NCBI GenBank assembly: GCA_951406725.2
Contig: OX597818.1
Span: 4,340,001-4,404,000, forward strand
Length of the DNA stretch: 64,000 nucleotides
DNA from: Octopus vulgaris
Taxonomy: Eukaryota
Direction of reading: 5' to 3'
Positions 42,512-60,320 of the stretch are shown here, piece after piece (position 1 is the first letter of the stretch; the number at the start of each line of letters is the position of its first letter). Both the position numbers and the translations under genes were made by a program. Below the pieces are notes generated by a model, which did not search any database, had not been told where the DNA came from, and saw only the letters and a program-made list of their open reading frames with translations.

Positions 42512-45500
42512 CGTCCGCTTTCCGCGCTAGCACGGGTTGGACGGTTTGACCGGGTCTGGGAAGCCAGGGGCCGCTCCAGGCTCCAGTCTGAATCTGGCAG
42601 AGTTTCTACGGCTGGATGCCCTTCCTAACGCCAACCACTCCGTGAGTGGATTGGGTGCTTTTTACGTGCCACCTGCACAGGGGCCGGAGGGTCCGGCATC
42701 GTCACGATCGGATTCGAGCATTTTAACGTGTCAGCGGCACGGGGGCAACGAGGTCCGGGGTACTTTGGGGATCGGGGTATTTTGGGGATCCAGGGTACTT
42801 TGGGGATCCGGGGTACTTTGGGGATCCGGGGTACTTAGAATGGGTAGGGGGGTACTTAGAATGGGTAGGGGGGTACTTAGAATGGGTAGGGGGTATGTGG
42901 AATTGCTGCAGAAAGCAGCCCGGGTCTTTGTAGTCACAGCATATCTCCAGAGATCTCGGTCCTTCGCCATTGCCTCAGTGAGGCCCAATGCTCTGAGGTC
43001 ATGCTTGACCACCTCATCCCATGTCTTCCTGGGTCTACCTCTCCCCCTGATACCTTCAACTGTTTGGGAGTGGCACTTCTTCACACATCTCTCTTCATCC
43101 ATCCGCAGCACATGACCATACCATCGCAAGCGTCGCTCTTGCACACCACATCTGATGCTTCTTATATCCAGCATTTCTCTCAGGATACTTACACTCTGTT
43201 TTGCGTGCACACTGACACTACACATCCAGCGGATCATGCTAGCTTCATTTCTTTCAAGTCTACGCATGTCTTCTGCAGTCACAGCCCATGTTTCATTACC
43301 GTGAAGCATGGCAGTTCGCACACATGCATCATATAATCTACCTTTTGCTCTGAGGGAGAGGCCTTTTGTTGCCAGTAGGGGTAGGAGCTTTCTGAACTTT
43401 GCCCAGGCTATTCGTATTCTAGTGGTGATACTCTCTGTGCATCCACCTCCGCTACTAACTTGGTCTCCCAGGTAGCGGAAACTATCAACTACTTCTAGTT
43501 TCTCTCCCTGGAGTGTGATGGAATCTGTTTTCTGAGTGTCTGTTGTGTCTATTGTCCCTGTGCATCTGCCGCACATGAAAGCTATCTTATCTGTTAATTT
43601 CCCTTTAATGTTGCTGCACCTCTTATGTGTCCATAACTTACATTGGGTGCATCTTATGGAGTTTCTACCTGTACCTTTCCTACAGGTTGAGCAGGGCCAC
43701 CTACCCGAGGGGATGTGTGTTGAGTACCTCTTGCTGCTTACTAATACTTTGGTCTTTGCTACATTTATTCTAAGGCCCTTTGATTCCAACCCTTGCTTCC
43801 ATACCCGAAATTTCTCTTCTAGTTCCGGTAGTGATTCTGCTATGAGAGCTAGGTCATCGGCATAGAGGAGCTCCCAGGGGCATCCCGTTTTGAATTCCTC
43901 TGTTATTGCTTGAAGGACTATGATGAACAAAAGGGGACTGAGGGCTGAGCCCTGGTGCACACCTACTTCTACTCGGAATTCTTCACTATATTCGTTGCCA
44001 ATCCTAACCTTGCTAACAGCCTCTCTGTATAGAGCCTGTACAGCCCTTATTAGCCATTCTTCAATCTCCAGTTTCCGCATCGACCACCAGATAAGGGAAC
44101 GGGGAACCCTGTCAAAGGCTTTCTCCAAGTCTACAAAAGCTATGTAGAGGGGTTTATCTTTAGCTAGGTACTTCTCCTGCAGTTGTCGGACCAGGAATAT
44201 AGCATCAGTGGTGCTTCTACCTGGTACAAAACCGAACTGCATTTCATCTAAACAAATTCTCTCCCTAATGAGATTGGTTATGACCTTCTCTGAGACCTTC
44301 ATCACCTGGTCCAACAGTTTGATACCTCTGTAGTTATTTCTATCTAGAGCATCACCCTTACCCTTGTAGCAGTTGACTATGGTGCTGCTGCACCAGTCAT
44401 TGGGTATGACTCCATTGTGAACTACCTGGTTTACAATGCGGGTGACTATGGCATAAGCCCACATAGCCAGCTGTTTTAAGCATCTCAGCAGTGATTCCTG
44501 ATAGGCCAGGGGCTTTGCCTGGTTTCATATCCTTAATTGCCTTATCTACAAGGGAGCTGTCTATTCGGGTAGCTGGTCCCTCTACTGGGTCAACATTTGG
44601 CAGGCTCTCCTCCTCCCATTCATTCTCCTCATTCAGCAGTCTTTCATAATGGCTTCTCCAAGCCTCTTTCTTTTCACTAGTAGTAAAAGCAAGTGCCCCA
44701 TCATCCATGCGGACACATTTCTCTCCTATAACATCGCTATTTTCTCTGACACACTGTCTGGCAATCCGAAATACTTCAGCTCTTTGATCCTCGCGACGCT
44801 GGACATTGGCAAACTTCTTCTTTTCTGCTACATCTTTGGCAATGTATACCTGCTGCCCAGCCTCATTTTTGGCTATCTGGTACAGTTCCCTGCTGCCCCC
44901 ATCCTTCCAGGCTTTCCAGGCCCGTCTCTTTTCACAGATGGCTTTATCTACTGCACTATTCCACCACCACGTAATTCTAGGTCTGGAAGGGACTTTGCAC
45001 CATCCACAGACTTGGTCTGTGGCACTCAACAAGCTGTCCCGTAGGAATTCCCAGCTACCTTCTATGTCTGACGTCTGAAGCTCCTCCTCCCTCTCATCAA
45101 ATTTCTTGATGAGTATGTCCCTAAATTTCTGACCATGCGAAGGGTTCTTTAGCCTCCAAATCCTTCTTTTCTGGATTGGTTTGTTTCTTGGAGTCCTTCT
45201 GGCCTCAAGCTTAAAGTCACTGATGATTAGTCTATGCTGAGGGATACATTCTTCACCCGGGAGGGTCTTTGTATTCAAGAGCAACCCTGCATCCCGTTGT
45301 CTGGTGAGGATGAAGTCTATTTGGCTAGCGGAGTCTCCTGACTGATAAGTTATAAGGTGGCAGACTGGCTTCTTGAAGTTAGTGTTGCAGATTGAAAGGT
45401 TACATGCATCACAGAATTCCAGCAGTCTAGTTCCCTCATCATTTCTGGTGCCAATACCATAGCCACCATGTACCCCAGTGAAGATATATATCCCCGCCTT

Positions 45501-45760
45501 ATATATATATATATATCTCCTACAAAGATGAGGTCCTTGGACAACTTCCTGAAGTGGGGGCCAGAGTAGAAGGGTATCATAAACAGTTGTCACAGCTATA
45601 GCATTGATCATTTGGTGGTCTTCAACGCTTGTGGGGCCATAGGCTGAGATAAGTATTCCATGTGCATGTTGACCATTACCTGAGCTTAAGCACTCTATCA
45701 CAAACCCTGACAACCTCTATGACCTTATCCACCCATTCCTCCGCATAGGAGAATGCCTAC
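42512..45760 (-). mobile_element. RTE-clade LINE, near-identical to 35373-38560
   Basis: ORFs 42731-44464 and 44397-45713; starts exactly at the gap; 5' part degrades into noisy sequence. Confidence 0.95.
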
Positions 45761-45779
45761 ATGTCAGTACCTTTTCTGC

Positions 45780-46000
45780 AAGTAGAGTCGTTTCTATGCA
45801 GTAGGTCATCTTCCGTCGAGTTCTATATGCATACTAGTATGTCTTCTTTAGAGAGGTGTCCACAACTAGTTTGTCATGAATTACTGATAATGCTTCATCA
45901 AGTTGAGACTTTGGTGAACAGACTTAATACATCTAGATTCACCATGGGGTATCTTTGGATCAGTCCTGTGATAATGTGTGGAATTCTCCTCCATGTGATA
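45780..46000 (-). pseudogene. Penelope/Poseidon-like RT fragment
   Basis: Minus strand MVNLDVLSLFTKVST/DEALSVIHDKLVVDTSLKKT (one frameshift), resembling the SFDVxSLFTxVPxDEAL motif of Poseidon-type RTs. Confidence 0.6.
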
Positions 46001-47371
46001 CTGACTTACTTGATGAGAATATCTCACTAGCCGTTATGAACTTTACATCCGATCATTGTACATACTATTTCCTGTCTGTCTCAAACAATATCTAATATAT
46101 ATATTTGCACTTGTTTGTTTGTTTATCTGTTTGCATGTATGTATGTATGTATGTATTTATGTATTTATGTATGTATGTATGTATGTATGTATGTATTTAT
46201 GTATTTATGTATGTATGTATGTATGTAGCACTACAGTAACAGTTAAGCTTCGTGTAATGGCCATGTGTGATAACGAGTGGAGCAGCCATAATCTATCTAT
46301 GTATGTATCTTATGAATGTATGTATGTATTTATCGGTATGTATGCATGTGTACACAGAAGTGTGCATATACATGTGAAATCAGATGATAAGGTTGTTAGC
46401 CTGATATACTTTGGATTTTAATATCTAAATGAGAACAGGGTGTATTATTTTTAGAAAGTTGCCACCAAAATATTGATAATTTTATCTTTAGCTAAAGCCA
46501 TTTCAAATTTCCATCCTTTCACCAATAAATAAGGAAAATGAGCAAGAAAGTCTATCATACTGAAGTCAGAAAACATATAAAACAAGAGCATTCAGAGAGT
46601 GCAAACCTCTGCCAAGGCAACACCAATGTCCTCTCAACAATTAGCTAGAGATGATTTTTATATATGAGAATTATCTGAAATAAACTCGACTGCTCTCACA
46701 AAATGAGAATACTAAAAATGAACCCAACTGCTCTCAAAAATTAAGTATAAAAAACAGGAAAAATAATCCAGAATCCTTGTCTATATAGGATTGATCCCAA
46801 AATCTATCAGTTTATGCCAGCCATGAAGCCAAACATTCCTAAAAGTTTCATCTGAATCCACCCAGGTAGAGGTAATAATTGCCAAAATTATGTCACTTGC
46901 TCTTCCATTTTCCATAACATTTTTAACTATCAAGAAGTATTTTTTAATTTGTTGCAATGTAATTAGTTGAATCCTTTATCATTTCTTTTTTCTTTTCCCT
47001 ATTTTGATGACTTTCTGTGCCCATCCCACCAACCAACCCACCGACCAACACTTTTCAAAATTGGATTAGTTGAACTAGTTTCAAACATAGGTATATAGTC
47101 GAGAAATTCTTCTTCAAAAGTGGTACAAGAACCTCATCCATATTGTTATAAGCACGCAATGTATGAATACACAATCACACACACATCATAGATATAAATT
47201 GGCATGGGAAAAAAATCATGTTATATATATGTGAGCATATGTGCATTTTTTTGTCTCTCACCACTTGTCAACTGGTGTGTTGGTTTGTTTATGTCCCCTT
47301 GTGACTCAGTAGATCAGTAAAAAGAAACAAATAGAATAATTACTAATATATATGTATATTATATATATATG

Positions 47372-47420
<49 letters not shown>

Positions 47421-48019
47421 GTATATGTATATATGTATATGTATATATATATATGTATATATATATATATGTATATATATATATGTATATGTATATATAT
47501 ATATGTATATATATATATATGTATATATATATGTATATATATATATGTATATATATATATATGTATATATATATATGTATATATATATATGTATATATAT
47601 ATGTATATATATATGTATATATATATGTATATATATATATATGTATATACATATATATGTATATATATATATGTATATATATATGTATATATATATATGT
47701 ATCTATATATACATATATATATGTATATATGTATATATATATATATGTATATGTATATATGTATATATATATATATGTATATATATATATGTATATATAT
47801 ATATGTATATATGTATATGTATATATATATATATGTATATGTATATATATATATGTATATATGTATATGTATATATGTATATATATATATATGTATATAT
47901 ATATATGTATATATATATATGTATATATGTATATGTATATATATGTATATATATATGTATATATATATATGTATATATGTATATGCATATATATATATGT
48001 ATATATGTATATATATATG

Positions 48020-48080
<61 letters not shown>

Positions 48081-48099
48081 GTATATATGTATATGTATC

Positions 48100-50035
48100 T
48101 TTTTTTTTCTCTTCCCTTCTTCTCCCCAAACTCTATTGCTCACTTTCGTCGTCTGTCTGACATTCCCTCTTCCTACCAGAGGTGGCTTGCTTATGCATAC
48201 TTAAGCTAGTAAACTGCCTCCATTCTTGATTCCGAATTCCTTTTGCCAAGTCTGTCCGTAAACGAAGTGATCTCAAGATAAGAAATCTTTGAACTCCTTT
48301 AATTCATCCGTATCTCTATTTATTATTATTATTTATTAATTATTATTATTCTGATCCACCTCAGTCGCCACTCTGTTTACTATTTCAGCCTCGCCTCAGT
48401 TTTGCATATTCTGTATAATTCACTAGTTATCGTTATAGATATTTTAAGATCTATCTCCCTATAGAAATTACTGACATAGCCCCGATTCTTCACGGGGTTT
48501 TTCTCTTCCCTTCTCTCCCCTGGCTTGTTACATTGTCGCCTGTCTGACTCCTCTCTTCCTACCACCCGCTCATGGCTATGCATACTTAAGCTAGTAAACT
48601 GCCTCATTCTTGATTCCGAATTCACCTTTGCCAAGTCTGTCCGTAAACGAAGTGATCTCAAGATAAGAAATCTTTGAACACCTCATCCGCATCTCTATTT
48701 ATTACATTATTATTTATTAATTATTATTATTCTGATCCCCCCTAGTCGCCACTCTGTTTACTATTTCAGCCTCGCCTGCTTTGCATATTCTGTATAATTC
48801 ACATAGTTATCGTTATAGATATTTTAAGATCTATCTCCCTGTATATAAATTGGCTGCCGATTCTTCACGGGGTTTTTTCTCTTTATCTCTCACCCTTCTC
48901 TTGTTACATTGTCATCTGTCTGGACCACTGTATCTTCCTACCACCCGCCATGGCTGATGATACTTAAGTTAGTAATACTGCCTCATTCTTGATTCCGAAT
49001 TCACTTTGCCAAGTCTGTCCGTAAACGAAGTGATCTCAAGATAAGAAATCTTTGAACTTTAATTCATCCGTATATCTCTATTTATTATTATTATTTATTA
49101 ATTATTATTATTCTGATCCCCCTAGTCGCCACTCTGTTTACTATTTCAGCCTCGCCTCGTTTTGCATATTCTGTATAATTCACTAGTTATCGTTATAGAT
49201 ATTTTAAGATCTATCTCCCTTATAGAAATTGGCTGCCCATACTCATTCATATACATACATTTTACTAGGTATTTTTCTCTCCCTTCTTCTCCCCCTCTTG
49301 TTACATTGTCGTCTGTCTGGACTCCTCTCTTCCTACCACCCGCCATGGCTATGCATACTTGCGGTTTAGTAATATCATCATTCTTGATTCCGAATTCCTT
49401 TTGCCAAGTCTGTCCGTAAACGAAGTGATCTCAAGATAAGAAATCTCTTTGAACTTTAATTCATCCGTATACACATATCTATATTATTATTATTTATTAA
49501 TTATTATTATTCTGATCCCCTAGTCGCCACTCTGTTTACTATTTCAGCCTCGCCTCGTTTTACACATATTCTGTATAATTCACGAACATTATCGTTATAG
49601 ATATTTTACAGATCTATCTCCCTTATAGAAATTGGCTGCCGATTCTTCACGGGGTTTTTTCTCTTCCCTTCTCTCCCCCTCTGTGTTACATTGCCAATGA
49701 CCTGTCTGGACTCCTTCCTACGACCCGCCATGGCTATGCATATTTAAGCTAGTAAACTGCCTCATTCTTGATTCCGAATTCCTTTTGCCAAGTCTGTCCG
49801 TAAACGAAGTGATCTCAAGATAAGAAATCTTTGAACTTTAATTCATCCGTATCTCCTATTTATTATTATTATTTATTAATTATTATTATTCTGATCCCCC
49901 TCCTCTAGTCGCCACTCTGTTTACTATTTCAGCCCTCGCCTCGTTTTGCATATTCTGTATAATTCAGTTTCCTAGTTATCGTTATAGATATTTTAAGATC
50001 TATCTCCCTTATAGAAATTGGCTGCCGATTCTTCG
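48100..50035. repeat. tandem satellite, ~385-bp unit x ~5
   Basis: cattcttgattccgaattc recurs near 48221, 48605, 48984, 49378, 49763. Confidence 0.95.
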
Positions 50036-50114
50036 CCGCGGCGCGCCCGCCCTACCCACCCCCACCACCAATACCGGATATCTCTCTATTTTGCTCCAAC
50101 TATACCGGATGTCG

Positions 50115-50905
50115 TTTTCTCCACCACCATTATAGGTGTCTACTCTTTGAACCCCCCTCTTCAATACGCTATTTCACCATGCATTACCCCTCTCTCGATA
50201 TCCGTACGTTCTACTTGCCTAGAACCTGTCCTCTGACCACCCCTCCCACTGGTGCCTAATTCCCTCCCACTGGTGCTCACCCCTCCCACTGGTGCTCACC
50301 CCTCCCACTGGTGCTCCCCTATATTTCTGCATCCCCCCACCACCATTATAGGTGTCTACTCTTTGAACCCCCTCTTCAATACGCTATTTCACCATGCTGG
50401 GCTTTACCCCCTCTCTCGATATCCTACGTTCTACTTGCCTAGAACTGTCCTCTGGAACCAGTGGAATAGACGTGGCCTCCCACTGGTGCTCCCCTATATT
50501 TCTGCACCCCCCCCACCACCATTATAGGTGTCTACTCTTTGAACCCCCTCTCTCAATACGCTATTCACCATGCATTACCCCTCTCTCGATATCCTACCGT
50601 CTACTTGCCTAGAACCTGTCCTCTGAACCACCCCTCCCACTGGTGCCCACCCCTCCCACTGGTGCTCCCCTATATTTCTGCACCCCCCCCCCCACCACCA
50701 TTATAGGTGTCTACTCTTGAACCCCTCTTCAATACGCTATTTCACCATGCATTACCCCTCTCTCGATATCCTACGTTCTTACTTGCCTAGAACCTGTCCC
50801 CTGAACCTACACCTCCCACTGGTGCCTTACCCTCATATTGTTTCACCCCCCACCACCATTATAGCGTGTCTACTCTTTGAACCCCCTCTTCAATACGCTA
50901 TCTTC
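50115..50905. repeat. tandem satellite, ~160-215-bp C-rich unit x ~4.5
   Basis: ccaccattataggtgtctactc recurs near 50124, 50340, 50516, 50696, 50853; internal cccctcccactggtgc subrepeat. Confidence 0.92.
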
Positions 50906-50933
50906 TACTCATGCATATATATATATATATGCC

Positions 50934-51098
<165 letters not shown>

Positions 51099-51175
51099 CA
51101 CACACACACAAATATATATATATATATATGCACACACACATATATATATACACACACACACACAAACATGCATAC

Positions 51176-51581
51176 TCTCTTTACTCTTTTACTTGTTTCA
51201 GTCATATGACAGCGGCCATGCTTGAGCACCGCCTTTAGTTGGGCAAATCGACCCCGGGACTTATTCTTTGTAAGCCCAGTACTTATTCTATCGGTCTCTT
51301 TTGCCGAACCGCTAAGTGACGGGGATGTAAACATACCAGCATTGGTTGTCAAGCAATGCTAGGGGAACAAACAGAGACACACAAGCACACACACACATAT
51401 ATATATATACATATATATGACAGGCTTCTTTCAGTTTCCGTCTACCAAATCCACTCACAAGGCTTTGGTCGGCCCGAGGCTATAGTAGAAGACACTTGCT
51501 CAAAATGCCATGCAGTGGGACTGAACCCGGAACCATGCGGTTGGTTAGGAAGCTACTTACCACACAGCCACTCCTGCGCCT
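51176..51581 (-). mobile_element. tRNA-derived SINE, same family as 1631-1995
   Basis: Collinear high identity with 1631-1995. Confidence 0.85.
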
Positions 51582-51786
51582 ATAATACATGTATTTGTGG
51601 TTAAAAAGTCTGGTTCACATTGTTGTTTCTGTCCAACTGGTATGTTAAAATTACATATTTTTGTGGAATGCTCTGCAATGTACATACTAATATAGTGAGC
51701 AAAAAAATTCAATCAGTTAAACTATTGAATATACATCTATCTGTCCTTCCATGTGTGTATGTATGATGATAACTATTCATGTATAT

Positions 51787-51824
<38 letters not shown>

Positions 51825-52344
51825 GTTTAGTTAATGACACAGTTTTTGAAAGCTAAGTAAACCCTTTCTATTTAAGATTTTTAAAGATATTTTAATAAGT
51901 TTTATTGTATTGTATACTATATAACTACTGATTGTTAATCTGATTCTATAATTATTTAGTTGTTGATGATATGTATTTAATTATTAGATTATAACTGTAC
52001 GTTATTTGTAAGATATTACTTAGCCAACGAGATATATTCATCATAAGATAGTTATACGGTTCTTTTAAGATAGGTTATATGTTTATTATTTGATTATATT
52101 TGGACTATAACTGAGTTAAGGATATTCGTGAGTTTATTATGTTTTTTTTGATGCCATATTATATCTTCATAGATAAATACATATTTCTATCTATTTTTTT
52201 TACCTTAAAAATAAATATTTAACATAATAAATGGGTTGTATGACATAATCCTAATGTTTTAAGTTTCTAATGGAGTTTTTTTTATAAGAAAAATTATTTT
52301 ATTTATTTCTTAAAAAATATTAACTCTATTTGCTTATTCATTAA

Positions 52345-52563
52345 CCCTTTAGTATTCAGATTATTCTATCAAAATGATGCTTATTTATTCACATTGTTTT
52401 GATTTAATCATGGCTTATCTCATAGCTTCGAGATTTCAATGATGTGATTGATTGTTTTTAGAATGACATTTAAGGGTACATGTGAGAGGTCAGATCTGGC
52501 TGGTCTGAACATAAAACGGGTGGAATATTTGGGCCGGATATGGCCGGTTTAAATGCTAAAGGG
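52345..52563. mobile_element. piggyBac-type MITE
   Basis: TTAA TSDs 52341-52344 / 52564-52567; TIR ccctttagtatt/aatgctaaaggg. Confidence 0.9.
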
Positions 52564-52567
52564 TTAA

Positions 52568-52650
52568 CCTGAATATTGACTATAATTTTAGTTTGAATTT
52601 AAACTTAATTGTAATTCAAATTTAATTATAGCCATGAAACGTATGTAGTG
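52568..52650 (+). ncRNA. degenerate hammerhead in an old PLE 3' remnant (~51825-52915)
   Basis: CTGAATA-TTGACTATAATT...AATTATAGCCAT-GAAAC-GTAT-GTA; downstream tail 52803-52912 resembles the family B tail. Confidence 0.55.
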
Positions 52651-52698
52651 TTTTTACTTATTATATTATATTTATCATTCTTTTTATACTTTTTTGAA

Positions 52699-52734
<36 letters not shown>

Positions 52735-53148
52735 TGTTAATTATATTTATATTATTTGTTATTTATGTATTGGTTTATGTCTACTACTGTTTGAGTTGCC
52801 TAATAGTGGTTTTATCTCTAATTCATATTTTTTATATACTTATACTGTGAAATTTGATTTAATCCTAAATTTAATTTTTCCCTGTAAGTTTGGAGCCATA
52901 CTCCCTAACATTTTAAGAAGTGAAAAAAAGTTTCTTTTTTACAAATATAAACTACGTGTTTGAAATAATATACTTAAGCCCAATTACTTTGATTTCAATT
53001 CAACTGTTTAGATGGCAGCTGAATAATTTATTTCCCATTTAATGGTGGGTATCCTTCTAGTTTATATAACTACATAGAATAAATTTTATGTTAAATGGCT
53101 ATGTGGAAACTGAAACTTTATATTTTATTTTTTTCTTCTTGTGAATAG

Positions 53149-53256
<108 letters not shown>

Positions 53257-53376
53257 TAGGTAGTGATCAATATTTTCAAATTTCATTTCATACAAATATC
53301 TATTTATCCATCTGTCCCTTCCCCCTCTCCCTTTCTCTATCAATCAATCAATGATTCAATGGATCAATTGATTTAA

Positions 53377-56655
<3,279 letters not shown>

Positions 56656-58244
56656 TTAGCAGTGTAATTGTATTTGGTAAAAAGTTTGAGTAAGGCTGTA
56701 TGTAGCAACTTGAGGGCGCTTGTTAATCATTTCTGGATGCATTGAAAGAGACTAATGCAAAAAAGTATTTCATACTTATAGATTTTATTCCACCTTTACA
56801 AAATTTTCACTACTACTATTCTGAAGTTAAAACATATGTTGGTCAACTTTGATAGAAAATCTCTTGTAGTTGTAAAAGCCTGTTACTAAGTTGAAGTGAA
56901 AGTCACGCATGGTTGCCATTAATGACAAAATTAACAATCTGCTAGTAGCTGAGGTAAAGAGGGAGAGAGAAGTTGACTCTCCAAAAGTTGCTGGGTAAAG
57001 AGAAGACTTTTCTACAGGTAATTGGAAATTATAGCTGTCCTAAAGTTGAATTTGGGCAATAACAGTAGAGTTGGTTCAGCTATCTAAATTAAACTCTTTG
57101 TTACTTAAAATAGAGGTCACTTTACAGGTTGAACTAATAATTCTAAGTGCAAATTCCCAGAACAGTGAAGACCCAGGTTTTGATTTTTAATGATTAATTC
57201 AGTGTATGTCTGTTACACTTCCATTGATCTTTCAGGTTGTCATGAACCATCCTCCTCCTTTGGTTTTCCCCTCTCTTCTCACTCAATGTCAAAACTTGCA
57301 TGGGAAGGATGTTTCTTAGATTAGCTGCTAAGTATTTGATGCAATCCTGTAGGTACAGGTAACTATTTTATACACAACTTGGGGGTCTCATTCATCTGTG
57401 TTTCCAATGTAAAAAATCTTACACTGAGGAAGGGTGCTCATTTAGAGTTAAGTAGGGCAACTCAGAGGCTGGGGTCTATGAGGTAGAGGCAGTAGCAGCA
57501 GCATTGGTAGCAATAGCAATAACAACAACAACAGCAGCAGCACCAACAATGTAGGGACTGGTACATAGAAATATGTTGGAGCAAGATCAGACTAAATAAC
57601 CACAGGCTCTCTGTTAGGACCTCAAGGAAGCACAATGTTATGACATTGGCCAGTTACATTTGGCATTTAAAAGAAGAGTCAATAACATACAAAATTAAAT
57701 AGAAGTTCCTAAAACAGCCAGGGCCATACCTCAGTGGAAGCAGATGGCTCAAACTTTGATTGATTGTTAGGGCAAGAGACCTAGAAAATTCAATTGATTT
57801 GGGTACCTTCTTTAATTTAAAAAATGAGGATTTTAGTCAATGCTCTAATGACAGAAAATTCATGTTAGAAACATGGGCTTCCCTGCTTGCTATTAAATGG
57901 AAAATGTACATAAACTGACCCATTTTGGTTACAGGTAGAATTGTTCATAGGGAAGTAACTCCGTCTCTTCTTGAAGGGGTTTTTGTTGTTGCAGGAGTTT
58001 TGTTCACCCCCAAGCTGACTAATACTATATTTTTGCATCCATTAGCGAAGAGGTTATGTGCTTCTGGCCAGAAGGTCTGATGAGCTGCCTATATTACTTA
58101 GTGCAATAGTAGACATGAAACTAATGGTAACTTTCTGATAGCTCACAACTGACTTACATAACATATATTACTGCACAAAAAATTTTTTAGTGTGTTTTTT
58201 TTTTATTACTTATGGACAGCTAACATATTATAAATATGTACGTA

Positions 58245-58830
58245 TATGAAAGTCATGGGAACAGTTATTGCAAAATTGATTAGAAACAAATTTAACCTGG
58301 GTGAGATGAAGTTCAGTTTCTTTGTGAAACAAATACAAAAATATTTAGCTAGGTGCAAATCTCTGAACTTAGCATTTATTAACATGAAGAAGCCATTTGA
58401 TAGGATACCTTGCTCTGTGAAGAAGCCATTTGGTAGGATGCCTTGCTGTTGAGGAAGACGAAAACAAATGGCTTTTGATGGCTTTACAAGCTATGAACAG
58501 AGCTGCTTCCAATATGATGAACCAACAACTAGTTCAGTGATGAATTTAGTGTCCATGGGGTCCACTTCCCTTTTATTAGAATCCTACAAGCTTTACAAAG
58601 GAGTTTTTTATGACTGATTTCCAGTGGAGCTCAATGACACAGTTCTCAGGAGAGGATTTGGAGAAGAAATTCTGACATGGAAGCAAAATCTGGAACTGGA
58701 AAGCCTTCAGTAAACATAACAAAGTAATTAGGAAAGAAGACGGGACTCTGCTACTACCATCAGAAAATGGAAGTGCTTAGCATGCAGAAAATTAGCAGGT
58801 AGAAATTACATAGTGTGCTGGTGTAAATAT
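58245..58830 (+). mobile_element. old RTE RT remnant
   Basis: MKVMGTVIAKLIR..LAFINMKKPFDRIP aligns by eye to MKVTERVIAQLI..AFVDMEKAFDRVP. Confidence 0.7.
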
Positions 58831-59089
58831 TGTATTGGATGATCCCATTAGTAAAGCCGGTTTTTTAATACTTCTTTTATTTTTCATTCTTTTAAAATCT
58901 AAATTGCACTCTCCTTCATTTTATACAATGCACTTCCACTTATCTAGTAAACTTGCAAGGCTTCTCTTTCAAAATTCACTTGTCTGTGATGAAAAATACT
59001 CTTCCTCTACTCTTCTGACCTTGTTTACAGAATTCATATTTTTTTTCCATCCAAATGATTTTGAAGACTGCAGAATAAATGATAATTAG

Positions 59090-60320
59090 ATGGGGCAATG
59101 TCTGTCAAATATGGTGGTTGGGGCATCATTTCCCATTCAAACTGCTCCAGCCTTTAGAATGTCATCCCTACTGTATGTGTCTGAGCATTATCCTGATGGA
59201 AGAATACCCTTTGTCTTGAAACCAAAGATGGTTGCTTTTCTTCTATTGCTGACTTTTGGTCCATACAGAGACAGCTGTATTATGCTATGATCCAAAACTA
59301 ATGTTGGCATGACTTTCATATCATGAATGATGTCAATATTGTTTGTGAAGCTGAGATCCAAAATGTTATTTGCCCTAGTTGATCTGAGTACAACTTGTTC
59401 CATGAATAGGGCATTGGTGAGGTTGAGCAGGGATTCCAGCTGTGCTTCTTTGCAATGAGTCATTCCTGAGAGCATGAGGCCTTTGGGCCATTTGACATTG
59501 GGGGAGTTGAAATCACCCATAAGAAAAAGGCTCACATGGTGTTCCAGTTTCATGAGGATTTCTTTAATTTTTGTGAGGCAATCTTCAAACTTGCCTATGT
59601 GGTTTGGAGCATCTGGTAGGTGATGTATTGCATATGGCTATACTGTGTTGTCTTATGTATACAATTAGAGTGTCACATTCTGAATTTGAGTATGACAGAA
59701 AGACCTGGGGTGTGATGTCTTCACGGATGTATACAGCAAATCCACCATGACTCCTTTCCCTTCTGTCTGTTCACAGTATGGTGTATTTCAGTATGTGTAG
59801 TTCTGCATCCTCTGTATCAGGGCTCAGGTGCGTTTCCATGAGTGCTATGCATAGGGCTAGATTGCATGCAGCAAGGTCTCTCAGGAAAAAAATTCTGCAT
59901 TTGTTGTGATGCAACAGGCTCCCAATGTTTAGTAAAAATATTTGCATGAAACTGTGCAGATGTTAGGGGAGGCCATCCCATGTCTGTTGATTGTGGTGAT
60001 CTTGTGCAGTGGTGGGCAAGGTTCCTTGTTTGTACTTGATGTAGCCAGGTCAGCTGCTGCACTATCTTTTGCACCATGCACAAAACGATTTGCCCAGCTG
60101 CTGCCTTGCGCATAACATCTGAAGAGCACACTGCATTTGTTCATTTTTTCTTTGGAGGTGATTGGTGCCTTTCCTCAGGGAAGTATTTCCCCTTAAGGCC
60201 CCTGTAGTTTTGGCAGGATCTCGGGTGAACAAACTGGCAGTTTGTACCGTCTTCCCCATACCAACATTTGTCTTGTAGGTAAAATGTGCGGGTCCTCTAT
60301 GTGCACATACATGCATACGT
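59090..60320 (-). mobile_element. decayed CR1-like LINE 5' part (APE, possible ORF1 remnant)
   Basis: MGDFNSPNVKW, QVVLRSTRANNILDL; extent beyond 59800 uncertain. Confidence 0.65.

Noticed and set aside
48100-50905. CRISPR-like array or tandem RNA-gene cluster
   Set aside because: Whole units repeat with no unique spacers; eukaryotic context; the short rRNA-like word ggtgaaatagcgta on - is too short to mean anything.
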